A stretch of DNA of 35,722 nt from Candidatus Hermodarchaeota archaeon (GTDB taxonomy: Archaea; Asgardarchaeota; Lokiarchaeia; Sigyniarchaeales; SOKP01), in assembly GCA_048885925.1 (NCBI GenBank), contig JBHLLG010000015.1, forward strand, positions 27,386 through 63,107. The letters are read 5' to 3'. Below are positions 10,578 through 19,754 of the stretch, piece after piece; positions within the stretch are counted from its first letter, which is position 1; each line of letters starts with the position of its first letter. The notes under the pieces were generated by a model that saw nothing but the letters and a program-made list of their open reading frames with translations, had not been told where the DNA came from and did no database searches. The translations under genes and the position numbers were made by a program.

Positions 10578-12026
10578 TTAATTTATCACTAATTTTCTAA
10601 TTTTTTCAATCAAATTATTTATCTTCGAGGTTGTTCCTTTTTTTGAACTTAATTTTGAAACAAGATAAAAAATTAAGATTATTAAACAAATAAGTAAAAT
10701 AAGGATAATCCCAATAAGAAATTGATAGATTAATATAAAATATAAAGATGCAATTAATAATTGATAATTAGTTGTAAAAAACCCTAATTTAAAGAATTTT
10801 TTCATACTAATTGGTCTTTTATTCTGTTCAGCTATATTAGCAACAAGTATATTATCACCCATAGGTGTTAAATTATCACCCCAATTAGCTCCTAATGCTA
10901 AACTATAGAAAGGTTGATTAATATCATCAATCGAGGGAATTATTGGCATATTTCCAATTACAGGAATTAATATTTTAGTAATGGGTATATTATCAATATT
11001 ACTACTCAGATATGCAGAAAACCACATAATAATTAAAATTTGACTCAATGGATTTTTGCCAATCAGAAATGAAAGTCCTCCCCCAATTAAACTTAAAAGT
11101 CCGGTATATTCAACTGCCCCTGAGATAATAAAGATTCCAATAAGGTAGAGTATTAATTCTAAATCAATTTTAGCAATTATTTCTTTAGGATTTAGTCTGC
11201 TCGTAATAACTAAAATTAAGGCAACTGATAATGCAATAATATCAATAGATATAATTGAAGGCGGAATTATTATAAAAAGTATAAGTACACCAGCGAGAGC
11301 AATAGCTGACTTATAAAGGAGCATTTTATTTTGTACAAAATTCCAAGTATTAATTTCCTTTAAAATCTGAAATCCTCCTGTTGGAACTTCTAAATCTTTT
11401 TTATATAAAAAAATAAAAAATAGTAAAGTTAGAGGAAAAGTTAAAAAAGAAATTATTCCAACGTTAAGAAAGAAATCAATGAATGAAATATTTCCATAAC
11501 TTGTTATTAAAATATTAGGAATTGAAGAAATTGAAAAAATGGTGCCACCTATATTTACTAAAATTGCCTGTGTTAATATATAAGGGGAAGGATTTAAATT
11601 TAAAATTCTTGAGACTGTTATGATTAAAGGAATTAATATAATTACTGTGAGAATATTATTTAAAATCGAAGATAGAATTACTGTTATACATGAAAAAATT
11701 ATTAACAAATATATTGGTTTTTCTCCCGTTAATTTAATCAAGCGAATCGAAATAAATTGAAATAATCCTGCTTCATGTGCAATTTGTACTATAATCATCA
11801 TACTTAAAATTAAAATTAAAGAATGCAAATTAACAAATTCATCTTCTTGAGTCCCAAATAAAAATTCCACGATTATGGGGAATTCTAATTTCTCAATAAA
11901 TATTAATGTAAAATATGCAATTAAAGCACCTACTAATGAAGCAATTGCCCTATTTAATTTATTTGTTAGGATTAATAGGATGACTCCTATAAAGCAAGCA
12001 GTAATAATAATTACACTAATTAACAA
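10578..12026 (-). CDS. ArsB/NhaD/SLC13 permease, paralog 2
   Basis: Same motif set (ILNN, NIGG, SIPN, IDNIP, GANWGDNLTPMG); TTG start. Confidence 0.9.
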   Translation of the reverse strand: MLISVIIITACFIGVILLILTNKLNRAIASLVGALIAYFTLIFIEKLEFPIIVEFLFGTQEDEFVNLHSLILILSMMIIVQIAHEAGLFQFISIRLIKLTGEKPIYLLIIFSCITVILSSILNNILTVIILIPLIITVSRILNLNPSPYILTQAILVNIGGTIFSISSIPNILITSYGNISFIDFFLNVGIISFLTFPLTLLFFIFLYKKDLEVPTGGFQILKEINTWNFVQNKMLLYKSAIALAGVLILFIIIPPSIISIDIIALSVALILVITSRLNPKEIIAKIDLELILYLIGIFIISGAVEYTGLLSLIGGGLSFLIGKNPLSQILIIMWFSAYLSSNIDNIPITKILIPVIGNMPIIPSIDDINQPFYSLALGANWGDNLTPMGDNILVANIAEQNKRPISMKKFFKLGFFTTNYQLLIASLYFILIYQFLIGIILILLICLIILIFYLVSKLSSKKGTTSKINNLIEKIRKLVIN

Positions 12027-12248
12027 TACTAATACTCTGTTTTATTAAAATAGAATATACTAAGAATTAAATTTTGAATAAATAAAAATATAATATGTTT
12101 GTAGGGCTTAGGTATTAATAAATATATATAATAAATATATTCTTTAAGTTTTTTTAGACATGATTGTCAAAAGTATTGTTATTAATATGCAAATTCTCAA
12201 AGAATTAGGAAAGCAACCAAAAATTTTAAGGTAAAAATTATGGTTTTA

Positions 12249-13181
12249 CTATACTGAAGACGCTAATTTACTTTTAATATCTTTAACTCGAGTCCTCAAG
12301 GTTACCTCTGTTATTTTAGCAGTTTCAGCTATTTTAGCCTGAGTTTTTCTCTCTTTTGTAGATCTTGCAGCAATATAGATTGCTGAAGCAGCTAATCCTT
12401 TTGGGTCTTTCCCTATTAATGAAAGACCTTTCTTAGATGTAATAGACAGTAAATTCAGTGCTTGTTTTTGGATCTCCATTGAAAGACCTAATTCATTTCC
12501 AAATTTAATAATTAGAGTTTCTGCGGTGATAGGTTTGTAACTGAGACTTAATTCAGGTAAAACTTCTCTAAGAAGTAAACTTAATGCATGTATCACTGTT
12601 TTACGAGGGATCATAGCCGTATCACTGATCTCTTCTAATATTTTGGGAAATTCATTTACTCTAATAGCAACATATAAAGAAGCTGCTATAAATCCGTCAA
12701 TTGAACGTCCCATTGTCAACTTTTTTTTTGCTGCTAGTGCATAAATTTTCCAAGCTGTTTCATAGATATATTCTGGAATATTTAGTTTAGAGACAAGTTG
12801 TTTCATTTTTGGTTTAGCTTCCCAGAAATTCCTTTCAATCCCTGATATTAAGGAATTTTGAATTTTTGATAATCGTAAGAATAAAGTCTTTTTTTCAGCA
12901 TTAAGAATTTGTCCTTTATAATCCAATTTATTAGTAGAAACGATAGTTCTTGATCCAAATTCTCTCCATCTTGGCTCAGTTTGTTTTCTTTTTTCTATTT
13001 CTTCATTACTGTAAGCTCTTCTTTCAACTTCAACTAAATAAACATCTAAAACTAAACCACAATGTAAGCAGACTTTATTACCATTTCTTATATCGATACA
13101 AGGATCTGCACAACAATTATCCTCTTTTTGAACTAATTGTTTCGAAGGTTCCTTATAACTTTTCAAGCTAAATTTCCCCAT
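12249..13181 (-). CDS. tfb: Transcription initiation factor IIB (TFB) family protein
   Basis: N-terminal Zn ribbon (CC...VCLHCG), two cyclin repeats (MGRSI; GKDPKGLAASAIY) and ITEVTLRTR. Confidence 0.92.
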   Translation of the reverse strand: MGKFSLKSYKEPSKQLVQKEDNCCADPCIDIRNGNKVCLHCGLVLDVYLVEVERRAYSNEEIEKRKQTEPRWREFGSRTIVSTNKLDYKGQILNAEKKTLFLRLSKIQNSLISGIERNFWEAKPKMKQLVSKLNIPEYIYETAWKIYALAAKKKLTMGRSIDGFIAASLYVAIRVNEFPKILEEISDTAMIPRKTVIHALSLLLREVLPELSLSYKPITAETLIIKFGNELGLSMEIQKQALNLLSITSKKGLSLIGKDPKGLAASAIYIAARSTKERKTQAKIAETAKITEVTLRTRVKDIKSKLASSV

Positions 13182-13411
13182 TCAAATATTTTAACCATAT
13201 AAATTAATGATGTGCTGAGTTCTTTTAATGGAATTTCAGATTAATAAACTTATCTATTATAAACCTTTTAAAGACCTATAATTTTGTAAATAGAAATAAT
13301 TTAGTTAATGTTTATTTGAGTAAATATAAAATCTATTGATTTAAGGAAAGTTTTGGTATTTTTTAAAAAAATAAAGCAATGAAAATCTATGGTGTATATT
13401 CAAAAATAATT

Positions 13412-14071
13412 TTACTGAAATAATTTGATTACCTTTGCGATATCTATTGGTCCATTTATATTTATTAAACTTACCAATTTATTATCTAAAGGTTGTATTA
13501 ATTTCTCAACTGAGATATAATTGATTTTCCAATTTTTATCCACTAAGTTATATAAACCATAATTCTCTGTTGTTAAACTTTCTTTAGCTTTATAAAATCC
13601 CTTTTCAACTGGATAAATCGCAAAAAAAGGTTCTAAAAAACCATTATTCCATCTTGGAATACAACACTCATAGCCTTCTGATTGATTTATCATGAATTCA
13701 ATGACTTTTGGTTTAATTAAAGGCATATCACAAGATAATAAGAAGACTTTTTCAAAATTTAGCCTAAGCAACTCTCTAAGACCCGAATATATCCCCAACA
13801 TTGGTTTAAAAATCTTTGGATGATTAAAAATATCACGTTCATCTGTTATAAAAGTAATGGCCTCTGGAAATTTAATCTGCTGACGGTAATTATAAATTTG
13901 TTCTTCAGAATGAGCTACTAAAAAAATATCATGATCAAATTGATATAATGTCTCTATTTGATGTAAGATCAAAGGTTTACCAAAGAGTTCAACCACAGCC
14001 TTTTCGGTGCCAAAACGAGCGCTCTTTCCACCAATTAAGATTAGAATTGCCAAATATTTTTGATGTTTCAT
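13412..14071 (-). CDS. mobA: Molybdenum cofactor guanylyltransferase
   Basis: LIGGKSARFGTEK, SCDMP, EPFFAIY and NIN motifs. Confidence 0.88.
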   Translation of the reverse strand: MKHQKYLAILILIGGKSARFGTEKAVVELFGKPLILHQIETLYQFDHDIFLVAHSEEQIYNYRQQIKFPEAITFITDERDIFNHPKIFKPMLGIYSGLRELLRLNFEKVFLLSCDMPLIKPKVIEFMINQSEGYECCIPRWNNGFLEPFFAIYPVEKGFYKAKESLTTENYGLYNLVDKNWKINYISVEKLIQPLDNKLVSLININGPIDIAKVIKLFQ

Positions 14072-14252
14072 GATCTCAAATAAATTAGATTATCATTTCT
14101 AATTAATTTAATAATTAAATTTTATCTTAAAGGCAAAATAAGGCATATAGTAATCAGTATATTTATATTTCAAAAAAATTTTATTTCAATTTTATTTTAA
14201 ACTGAGTATATTGAAGATTAAAGAAACTAAACTTTAATTGAATAACTATGTT

Positions 14253-14405
14253 TTAATAATCGTCATCCCAATCTTCATCATCATCGTCATCCCAATCTTC
14301 ATCATCTTCGTCTTCATCAAAATCTTCATCCCAATCTTCGTCTTCATCAATATCTTCATCATCCCAGTCCTCATCTTCATCATAATCTTTCTTTTTAGCA
14401 CCCAT
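14253..14405 (-). CDS. 50-aa highly acidic DEDWD-repeat microprotein
   Basis: MGAKKKDYDEDEDWDDEDIDEDEDWDEDFDEDEDDEDWDDDDDEDWDDDY*. ATG with GGAG SD (14414-14417). Synonymous GAT/GAC and GAA/GAG variation among the repeats. Confidence 0.8.
   Translation of the reverse strand: MGAKKKDYDEDEDWDDEDIDEDEDWDEDFDEDEDDEDWDDDDDEDWDDDY
14259..14384. repeat. Coding degenerate triplet repeat (ATC/TTC/GTC, CCAATCTTC units)
   Basis: Directly visible; encodes six DED[W/I/F]D units on the minus strand. Confidence 0.85.
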
Positions 14406-14444
14406 TTTATTTTCTCCATTTTTTATTATTTTGATTAGATTAAA

Positions 14445-14460
14445 ATTATATAGTATTTCA
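14445..14460 (-). promoter_or_regulatory. Possible BRE/TATA promoter of the acidic microprotein
   Basis: Minus-strand TGAAATAC-TATATAAT about 40 nt upstream of the ATG. The AT-rich background weakens the call. Confidence 0.3.
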
Positions 14461-15235
14461 ATTACGAAAAAAAACTTATAGCGTATTTAAATATTTCTAA
14501 TTTTAAATACTACAATTAAGAATAAAAACATAATTCTATTCAAGTTAATTCTAAAATATGTATTATACATTAATAATCCTTCTAACAATTAGCTTTTAGT
14601 AATTCTAAGATTATGTAGTTGATTATGATTAATTGATTTAGAAAATTCTCATATTAAAAAAAATATTTAATAATAAGTATAAGATTAATAATAAGTCTAA
14701 ATATATTCCTTTTGTTACATTATTAATACAAAGTTAAAAAGTTTGTTTGGAAAAAGTATTATCTTTAAGAATATGGGGGATTTTTCTCGTTAAAAAAAAT
14801 TCTGTTGTAAAACAATAATAAAAGGGAAAAAATGTACATAATCAGTTATACTTATATCTCTTTAAAATAGAAGGTTATTAGTATGATTAGGCTTAAAGTT
14901 TTTTAATAATTAAAAAAAAAGCAAATAACACCATTGAGTCGGATTTTACTCTTAACTTATCAATTAGAAAAATTTATAAATAAGTTAACTCTTATTAAAC
15001 TTCAAATACGGATTATAAAATTTATTAAAAACAATTAAATCTAAATAACTTCTAAAGGGTAATATTACAATACATAGATGATAAATAGTATTAACATTAA
15101 TAATATTGGACTTATTTATGTTAACGCAAATATGCTCAAAAATCATTTTTTAATATTACTAATATTACCTATGCTAAAAACTAATTATTTTCATAAATTT
15201 TTATCAAAATTAAAAATCTTTATTAAAATTTAATA

Positions 15236-17182
15236 ATGACCGCACAAGCAGAAAATAAAAGCGATAAAAAAAAGAGTTTATTGGAAAATTCAAAAAATAA
15301 TATTATCTGTCTTGGACCTGTTCCCAGTTTAGAAGAATATGTGAAAAAAGATTGGTGGAAAAGGATTTTTAATGCTTATTATCTTAAGACAGATGGTGAT
15401 GTTGTAGAGGATCAAAATATAACCAGATCTGAAATCGATTATTTTATTGAAATCATGAATTTTAGACCCGAACAAAATATTTTAGATTTATGTTGTGGTC
15501 AAGGTAGACATTCAATTGAATTAGCAAAACTTGGTTTTGAGAATATTTTTGGTGTAGATCTTTCACGATATTTAATTCTTAAAGCAAGATCGAATGCAAA
15601 AAAGAATGGTGTTTTATGTAAATTTCGAGAAGGTGATGCTCGAAAATTACCATATCCTCCAGATATGTTTGATTCTATCATGATTCTAGGTAATAGTTTT
15701 GGATACTTTGAAACAATAAATGATGATATTCGAGTTTTAAAAGAAGTATTTCGAGTATTAAAGCCTTGGGGAAAAATATTAATTGATATAACTGATGGTG
15801 AATATCTTAAAACTCATTTTCAACCACGCTCATGGGAATGGATTGATAAAGAACTTTTTGTTTGCCGTGAAAGATCATTATCTTTGGATGAACAAAAACT
15901 TATATCGCGTGAGGTAATTACTCACGTAAACAAAGGAGTTTTGGTAGATCAATTTTATGCTGAAAGATTATATTCAAGAGAAAGAATTTCAGAGCTGTTG
16001 AGTAATGTAGGATTTACAAATATAACTTTTCATGGTGCATTATCTCCTAATTCTCAACGTAATCAAGATCTAGGTATGATGGAACGGAGAATTGTTGTAA
16101 GTGCTCTTGTTAAAAAAGAATGGACTGAAATTAAAAAAAGATTAAAACCAACTGATAAAAAAGTAGTAGTTTTATTTGGAGATCCTAATAAGCCGGATAT
16201 TCTTAAACCTTCACATAAATTTGATGATGATGATTTTTATACAATAGATCAATTGAAAGCGGCGTTAAGTGAATTAAATAATTACAATTTTATATATTTA
16301 GATAATCATAATACTATAATCCAAGAATTGCTGAATTTAAAAGGCAAATTTGATTATGTATTGAACTTATGTGATGAAGGTTATTTCAATGATGCTCGAA
16401 AGGAATTACATATACCAGCATTATTAGAAATTCTTAAAATTCCATATACAGGGTCGGGACCTCAATGTCTTGCGTTTTGTTATGATAAGTCCCTAGTAAG
16501 AGGTATCGCCAAAGAATTACAAATTCCTGTTCCAGAAGCAATTTATATAAAACCTGAAGATAAAATTATTGATCTACCTTTATATTTTCCTGCAATTGTA
16601 AAACCAAATTTTGGAGATTCAAGTTTTGGAATTACTCAAAAATCGGTGGTTTATGACGGAGAGCAACTATTAAGTGCCATTGCAGAGATTCGGAAAAAAT
16701 TTGGTTATGATAAACCAATTCTGATCGAACAATTTCTTACAGGAAAAGATTTAAGCATTGGCATCATTGGAAATCCCTCAGATAATTACATTCTCCTCCC
16801 TATAATAGAAGAAGATTATTCATGTTTACCTCCAGAATTACCTAAAATATGTGGATATGAAGCAAAATGGGACCCTAATTCTCCTTATTGGAATATTAAA
16901 TCAATTCCTGCAAATCTCCCTCCTGAAATTGTTGAAACTATTGAAAATTGTTCTCTTAGACTATTTGAAAGATTAGAATGCCAGGATTATGCTCGATTTG
17001 ATTGGCGTTTAGACGTAAAAGGAGATCCAAAACTCTTAGAAGTTAATCCCAATCCAGGATGGTGTTGGGACGGTCATCTTGCTAAAATGTGCAGGTATGC
17101 AGATATATCATATAAAGATATGTTAAAAAAGATTCTAGAAGAATCAGAAAGAAGATTTGGTTTAAATTATTCGAATCACTAA
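15236..17182 (+). CDS. Class I SAM methyltransferase fused to a D-Ala-D-Ala-ligase-like ATP-grasp domain
   Basis: MTase: ILDLCCGQGRH, GVDLS, GDARKLP, LKPWG. ATP-grasp: PYTGS, YDK, IVKP..GDSSFGI, IEQFL, YARFDWR, LEVNPNPG. Confidence 0.88.
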   Translation: MTAQAENKSDKKKSLLENSKNNIICLGPVPSLEEYVKKDWWKRIFNAYYLKTDGDVVEDQNITRSEIDYFIEIMNFRPEQNILDLCCGQGRHSIELAKLGFENIFGVDLSRYLILKARSNAKKNGVLCKFREGDARKLPYPPDMFDSIMILGNSFGYFETINDDIRVLKEVFRVLKPWGKILIDITDGEYLKTHFQPRSWEWIDKELFVCRERSLSLDEQKLISREVITHVNKGVLVDQFYAERLYSRERISELLSNVGFTNITFHGALSPNSQRNQDLGMMERRIVVSALVKKEWTEIKKRLKPTDKKVVVLFGDPNKPDILKPSHKFDDDDFYTIDQLKAALSELNNYNFIYLDNHNTIIQELLNLKGKFDYVLNLCDEGYFNDARKELHIPALLEILKIPYTGSGPQCLAFCYDKSLVRGIAKELQIPVPEAIYIKPEDKIIDLPLYFPAIVKPNFGDSSFGITQKSVVYDGEQLLSAIAEIRKKFGYDKPILIEQFLTGKDLSIGIIGNPSDNYILLPIIEEDYSCLPPELPKICGYEAKWDPNSPYWNIKSIPANLPPEIVETIENCSLRLFERLECQDYARFDWRLDVKGDPKLLEVNPNPGWCWDGHLAKMCRYADISYKDMLKKILEESERRFGLNYSNH

Positions 17183-17202
17183 TAACAAATTATTGAAGGG
17201 AA

Positions 17203-18414
17203 ATGGGATCAGCAGAAATAGATAATTTTCAAAGAAAACCGGAGAATATCGAAAATATTACTTCATATATTCACCACCTTGAAAAAAAAATTAAGAATAT
17301 TGAAATTGAAATAAATTTATTAAAGACAGAAGTATCAAAAATAGAATATGAAGTAAATAGTTTAAAATCAGAACAAGAACGTTTATGTGAATTACCTTTA
17401 TTTTCAGGTAATGTAATTGATGTCTTAGATGAAATAAATGATCGTGCAATAGTAAATTGCCCTCCTACTGCAAATTATGTAGTTAAAATTAGTAATAAAT
17501 TAAGGAATGAAAAATTAACTCCGGGTTTAAATGTAGCATTAAACCAAAGAAATTTTGCTATAATGGAAATTTTACCTTCGGAAATTGACCCTTTTGTAAA
17601 AGGAATGGAAGTATTGAATGCCCCAATTGATGTATCCTATGATGATATTGGAGGGTTAGATGAGCAAATTCAAGAAGTAAGAGAGATTATAGAATTACCA
17701 TTGAAAAAACCAGATTTATTTAAAAAAATAGGAATTGATCCACCTAAAGGTGTATTGTTTTATGGGTTTCCGGGAACGGGTAAAACTTTATTAGCAAAAG
17801 CAGTTGCTCATGAAACAAGTGCTACCTTTATTAAAGTTGTTGGAACTGAATTAGTTCATAAATTCATTGGTGAAGGTGCAGAGTATGTTAGAGAAATTTT
17901 TAGATTGGCTAAAGAGAAAGCTCCAACGATTTTATTTATTGATGAGTTAGATGCAATAGGAGCCATAAGAATGGATGATGCTACATCAGGAGATAGAGAA
18001 GTGAATAGAACATTAATGCAGCTATTAAGTGAATTAGATGGTTTTGATCAACGTGGTAATATAAAATTCATTGGCGCAACAAATAGATTTGATATTCTAG
18101 ATCCAGCAATATTAAGACCTGGCCGATTTGATAGAATCTTAGAATTTCCATTACCAAATAACGAAGCCAGAGAATCAATATTTAGAATCCATATGAGGAA
18201 TTTACATATTGAAGAAGATGTTAATATAAAAATATTAGTTACTCTTACAAAAGATGCAAATGGTTCTGAAATTAAAGGTATTTGCACAGAAGCAGGTATG
18301 TATGCAATGAGAAGAAATGCTGAAAAAATTTCAAATGATGATTTCTTAAAAGCTATAAATAAAATTATGCTAAATAAGTATAAAGAATCTAACATTCCTA
18401 CTTTTTTTAGTTAA
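17203..18414 (+). CDS. pan: Proteasome-activating nucleotidase (AAA+ ATPase)
   Basis: N-terminal coiled coil and OB domain, YDDIGGL, Walker A GFPGTGKT, pore loop KFIGEG, Walker B FIDELD, SRH ATNR...RPGRFDR, C-terminal FFS. Confidence 0.93.
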   Translation: MGSAEIDNFQRKPENIENITSYIHHLEKKIKNIEIEINLLKTEVSKIEYEVNSLKSEQERLCELPLFSGNVIDVLDEINDRAIVNCPPTANYVVKISNKLRNEKLTPGLNVALNQRNFAIMEILPSEIDPFVKGMEVLNAPIDVSYDDIGGLDEQIQEVREIIELPLKKPDLFKKIGIDPPKGVLFYGFPGTGKTLLAKAVAHETSATFIKVVGTELVHKFIGEGAEYVREIFRLAKEKAPTILFIDELDAIGAIRMDDATSGDREVNRTLMQLLSELDGFDQRGNIKFIGATNRFDILDPAILRPGRFDRILEFPLPNNEARESIFRIHMRNLHIEEDVNIKILVTLTKDANGSEIKGICTEAGMYAMRRNAEKISNDDFLKAINKIMLNKYKESNIPTFFS

Positions 18415-18466
18415 ATCGGATCATTAAGCTCTCCAAATTTGATTATTAGAAAATATTATATCTACT

Positions 18467-19576
18467 TTATAAAAAAAAATTAAGGATTAATAAGATAAAT
18501 TCCATTGTAAAGATAAATGAAAGTAGAATTTCAACATAAAGCAATAGTTTTTCATTTATATTTGTTTGTGTAGCACTATAAATATTTTCCAATGGTTCAA
18601 GACGGTGCCTTATACTATCACTCCATTGCTTTAGTTTAAATAGTTCAGATAAATGCTGATAGATTTGAGCTAAGTAATAATCTCCGATTAATTTAGACAC
18701 ATTCTCAATATTTTCTAATAAAAATGTTAAATCGTACCTTAATCTAATTAACTTTCCTACTTTTTTCTTATATCTACTTAAAAAAATTCGCTTTTTGAAA
18801 TAAAAATTCCGAATGTCTTCTTCTGCAATACTCAATCTTTTCTCCAGTAATTTATCTAAAGTGCGCAATTCAAGCAATTGATAATTTGCACTTTCAATTA
18901 CAATTAAAATATCTTCATAGTTAACATTTGGATCAATAATCAAAGCCCTATCAAAATCAAAAATAATTAAATCATTGTCCAAGAATGAGAATGTATGATT
19001 AATTGAGTGATTTATCTGGTTTTGACTTAATTTTAATTCAGGATTTTCTCCCATGAGTAAAGTAGAAAAATATTGTTTTTCTTTTTGAATAAATTCTTTA
19101 GGATATTCTATATCATCTGTTAAGCAGTATATTGTATATTTTTCATGTTCTGAAATACCTAATGTATAGTTCTCATCTTGAATACAACTTCTTATCTGCT
19201 CAAAAATCTTATTATAATGATATTTTAAAAAATCTTTAATACGAAACTCCCCTTCAGATGTATGAAATTTAGTGTTTTTCAATTTATGTAATTCAAAAAG
19301 AGGTATATCGCGAAATGAAAGCCTTGCAATTAAGGATATAACCCCATCGGCATATAACTTAACATATAAAATTATCTTATTAATAAATTTCGATTCAGAT
19401 GATAGAGGTTGAGTAACTTCTAAAATTAGGGGCTTAGGAAAATCGACATATGAAGGAGTATCTTTGGTTTTAATTATATTCTTATCTTTAATTACCGGTA
19501 ATATATTATTTACTTTCTTTAAATCAATACTACGGCCAACATCCGTTAAACGGAGAAAAATCACTTCACCATTCAA
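18467..19576 (-). CDS. RMD1/DUF155-like protein with C-terminal TM helix
   Basis: Helical C-half with GDYYLAQIY and a terminal hydrophobic YVEILLSFIFTMEFI segment; TTG start with GGAAGG SD. Confidence 0.6.
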   Translation of the reverse strand: MNGEVIFLRLTDVGRSIDLKKVNNILPVIKDKNIIKTKDTPSYVDFPKPLILEVTQPLSSESKFINKIILYVKLYADGVISLIARLSFRDIPLFELHKLKNTKFHTSEGEFRIKDFLKYHYNKIFEQIRSCIQDENYTLGISEHEKYTIYCLTDDIEYPKEFIQKEKQYFSTLLMGENPELKLSQNQINHSINHTFSFLDNDLIIFDFDRALIIDPNVNYEDILIVIESANYQLLELRTLDKLLEKRLSIAEEDIRNFYFKKRIFLSRYKKKVGKLIRLRYDLTFLLENIENVSKLIGDYYLAQIYQHLSELFKLKQWSDSIRHRLEPLENIYSATQTNINEKLLLYVEILLSFIFTMEFILLILNFFL

Positions 19577-19754
19577 TAATTATATACCTTCCTAAAAAAT
19601 TTTAAATTAATGTGTTACAAGCTATCTATTAATTAAATAAATTTTACATTTTAGTTTGTATGAAGAAAATTTATCTGAAAAGGTAAATTAAATTTAAAAT
19701 CTAAATAAATATTAATTAAAAATATTTTTTGATTAAATTTACTTTGGATTAAAT

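Noticed and set aside
14259-14384. Repeat tract as a CRISPR array or non-coding microsatellite
   Set aside because: There is no repeat-spacer structure; variation follows codon boundaries.
14238-14438. 66-aa Ile/Phe-rich plus-strand ORF that looks like a membrane peptide
   Set aside because: It is the antisense shadow of the acidic microprotein; the minus frame has the ATG and SD.
15078-15233. 51-codon ORF just upstream of the MTase-ligase gene
   Set aside because: I/N/K/L/F-dominated with no D/E and no SD; typical of chance ORFs in AT-rich DNA.
15236-17182. Calling the ATP-grasp fusion ddl (peptidoglycan synthesis)
   Set aside because: Archaeal context, an MTase fusion and no mur genes; only the fold is supported.
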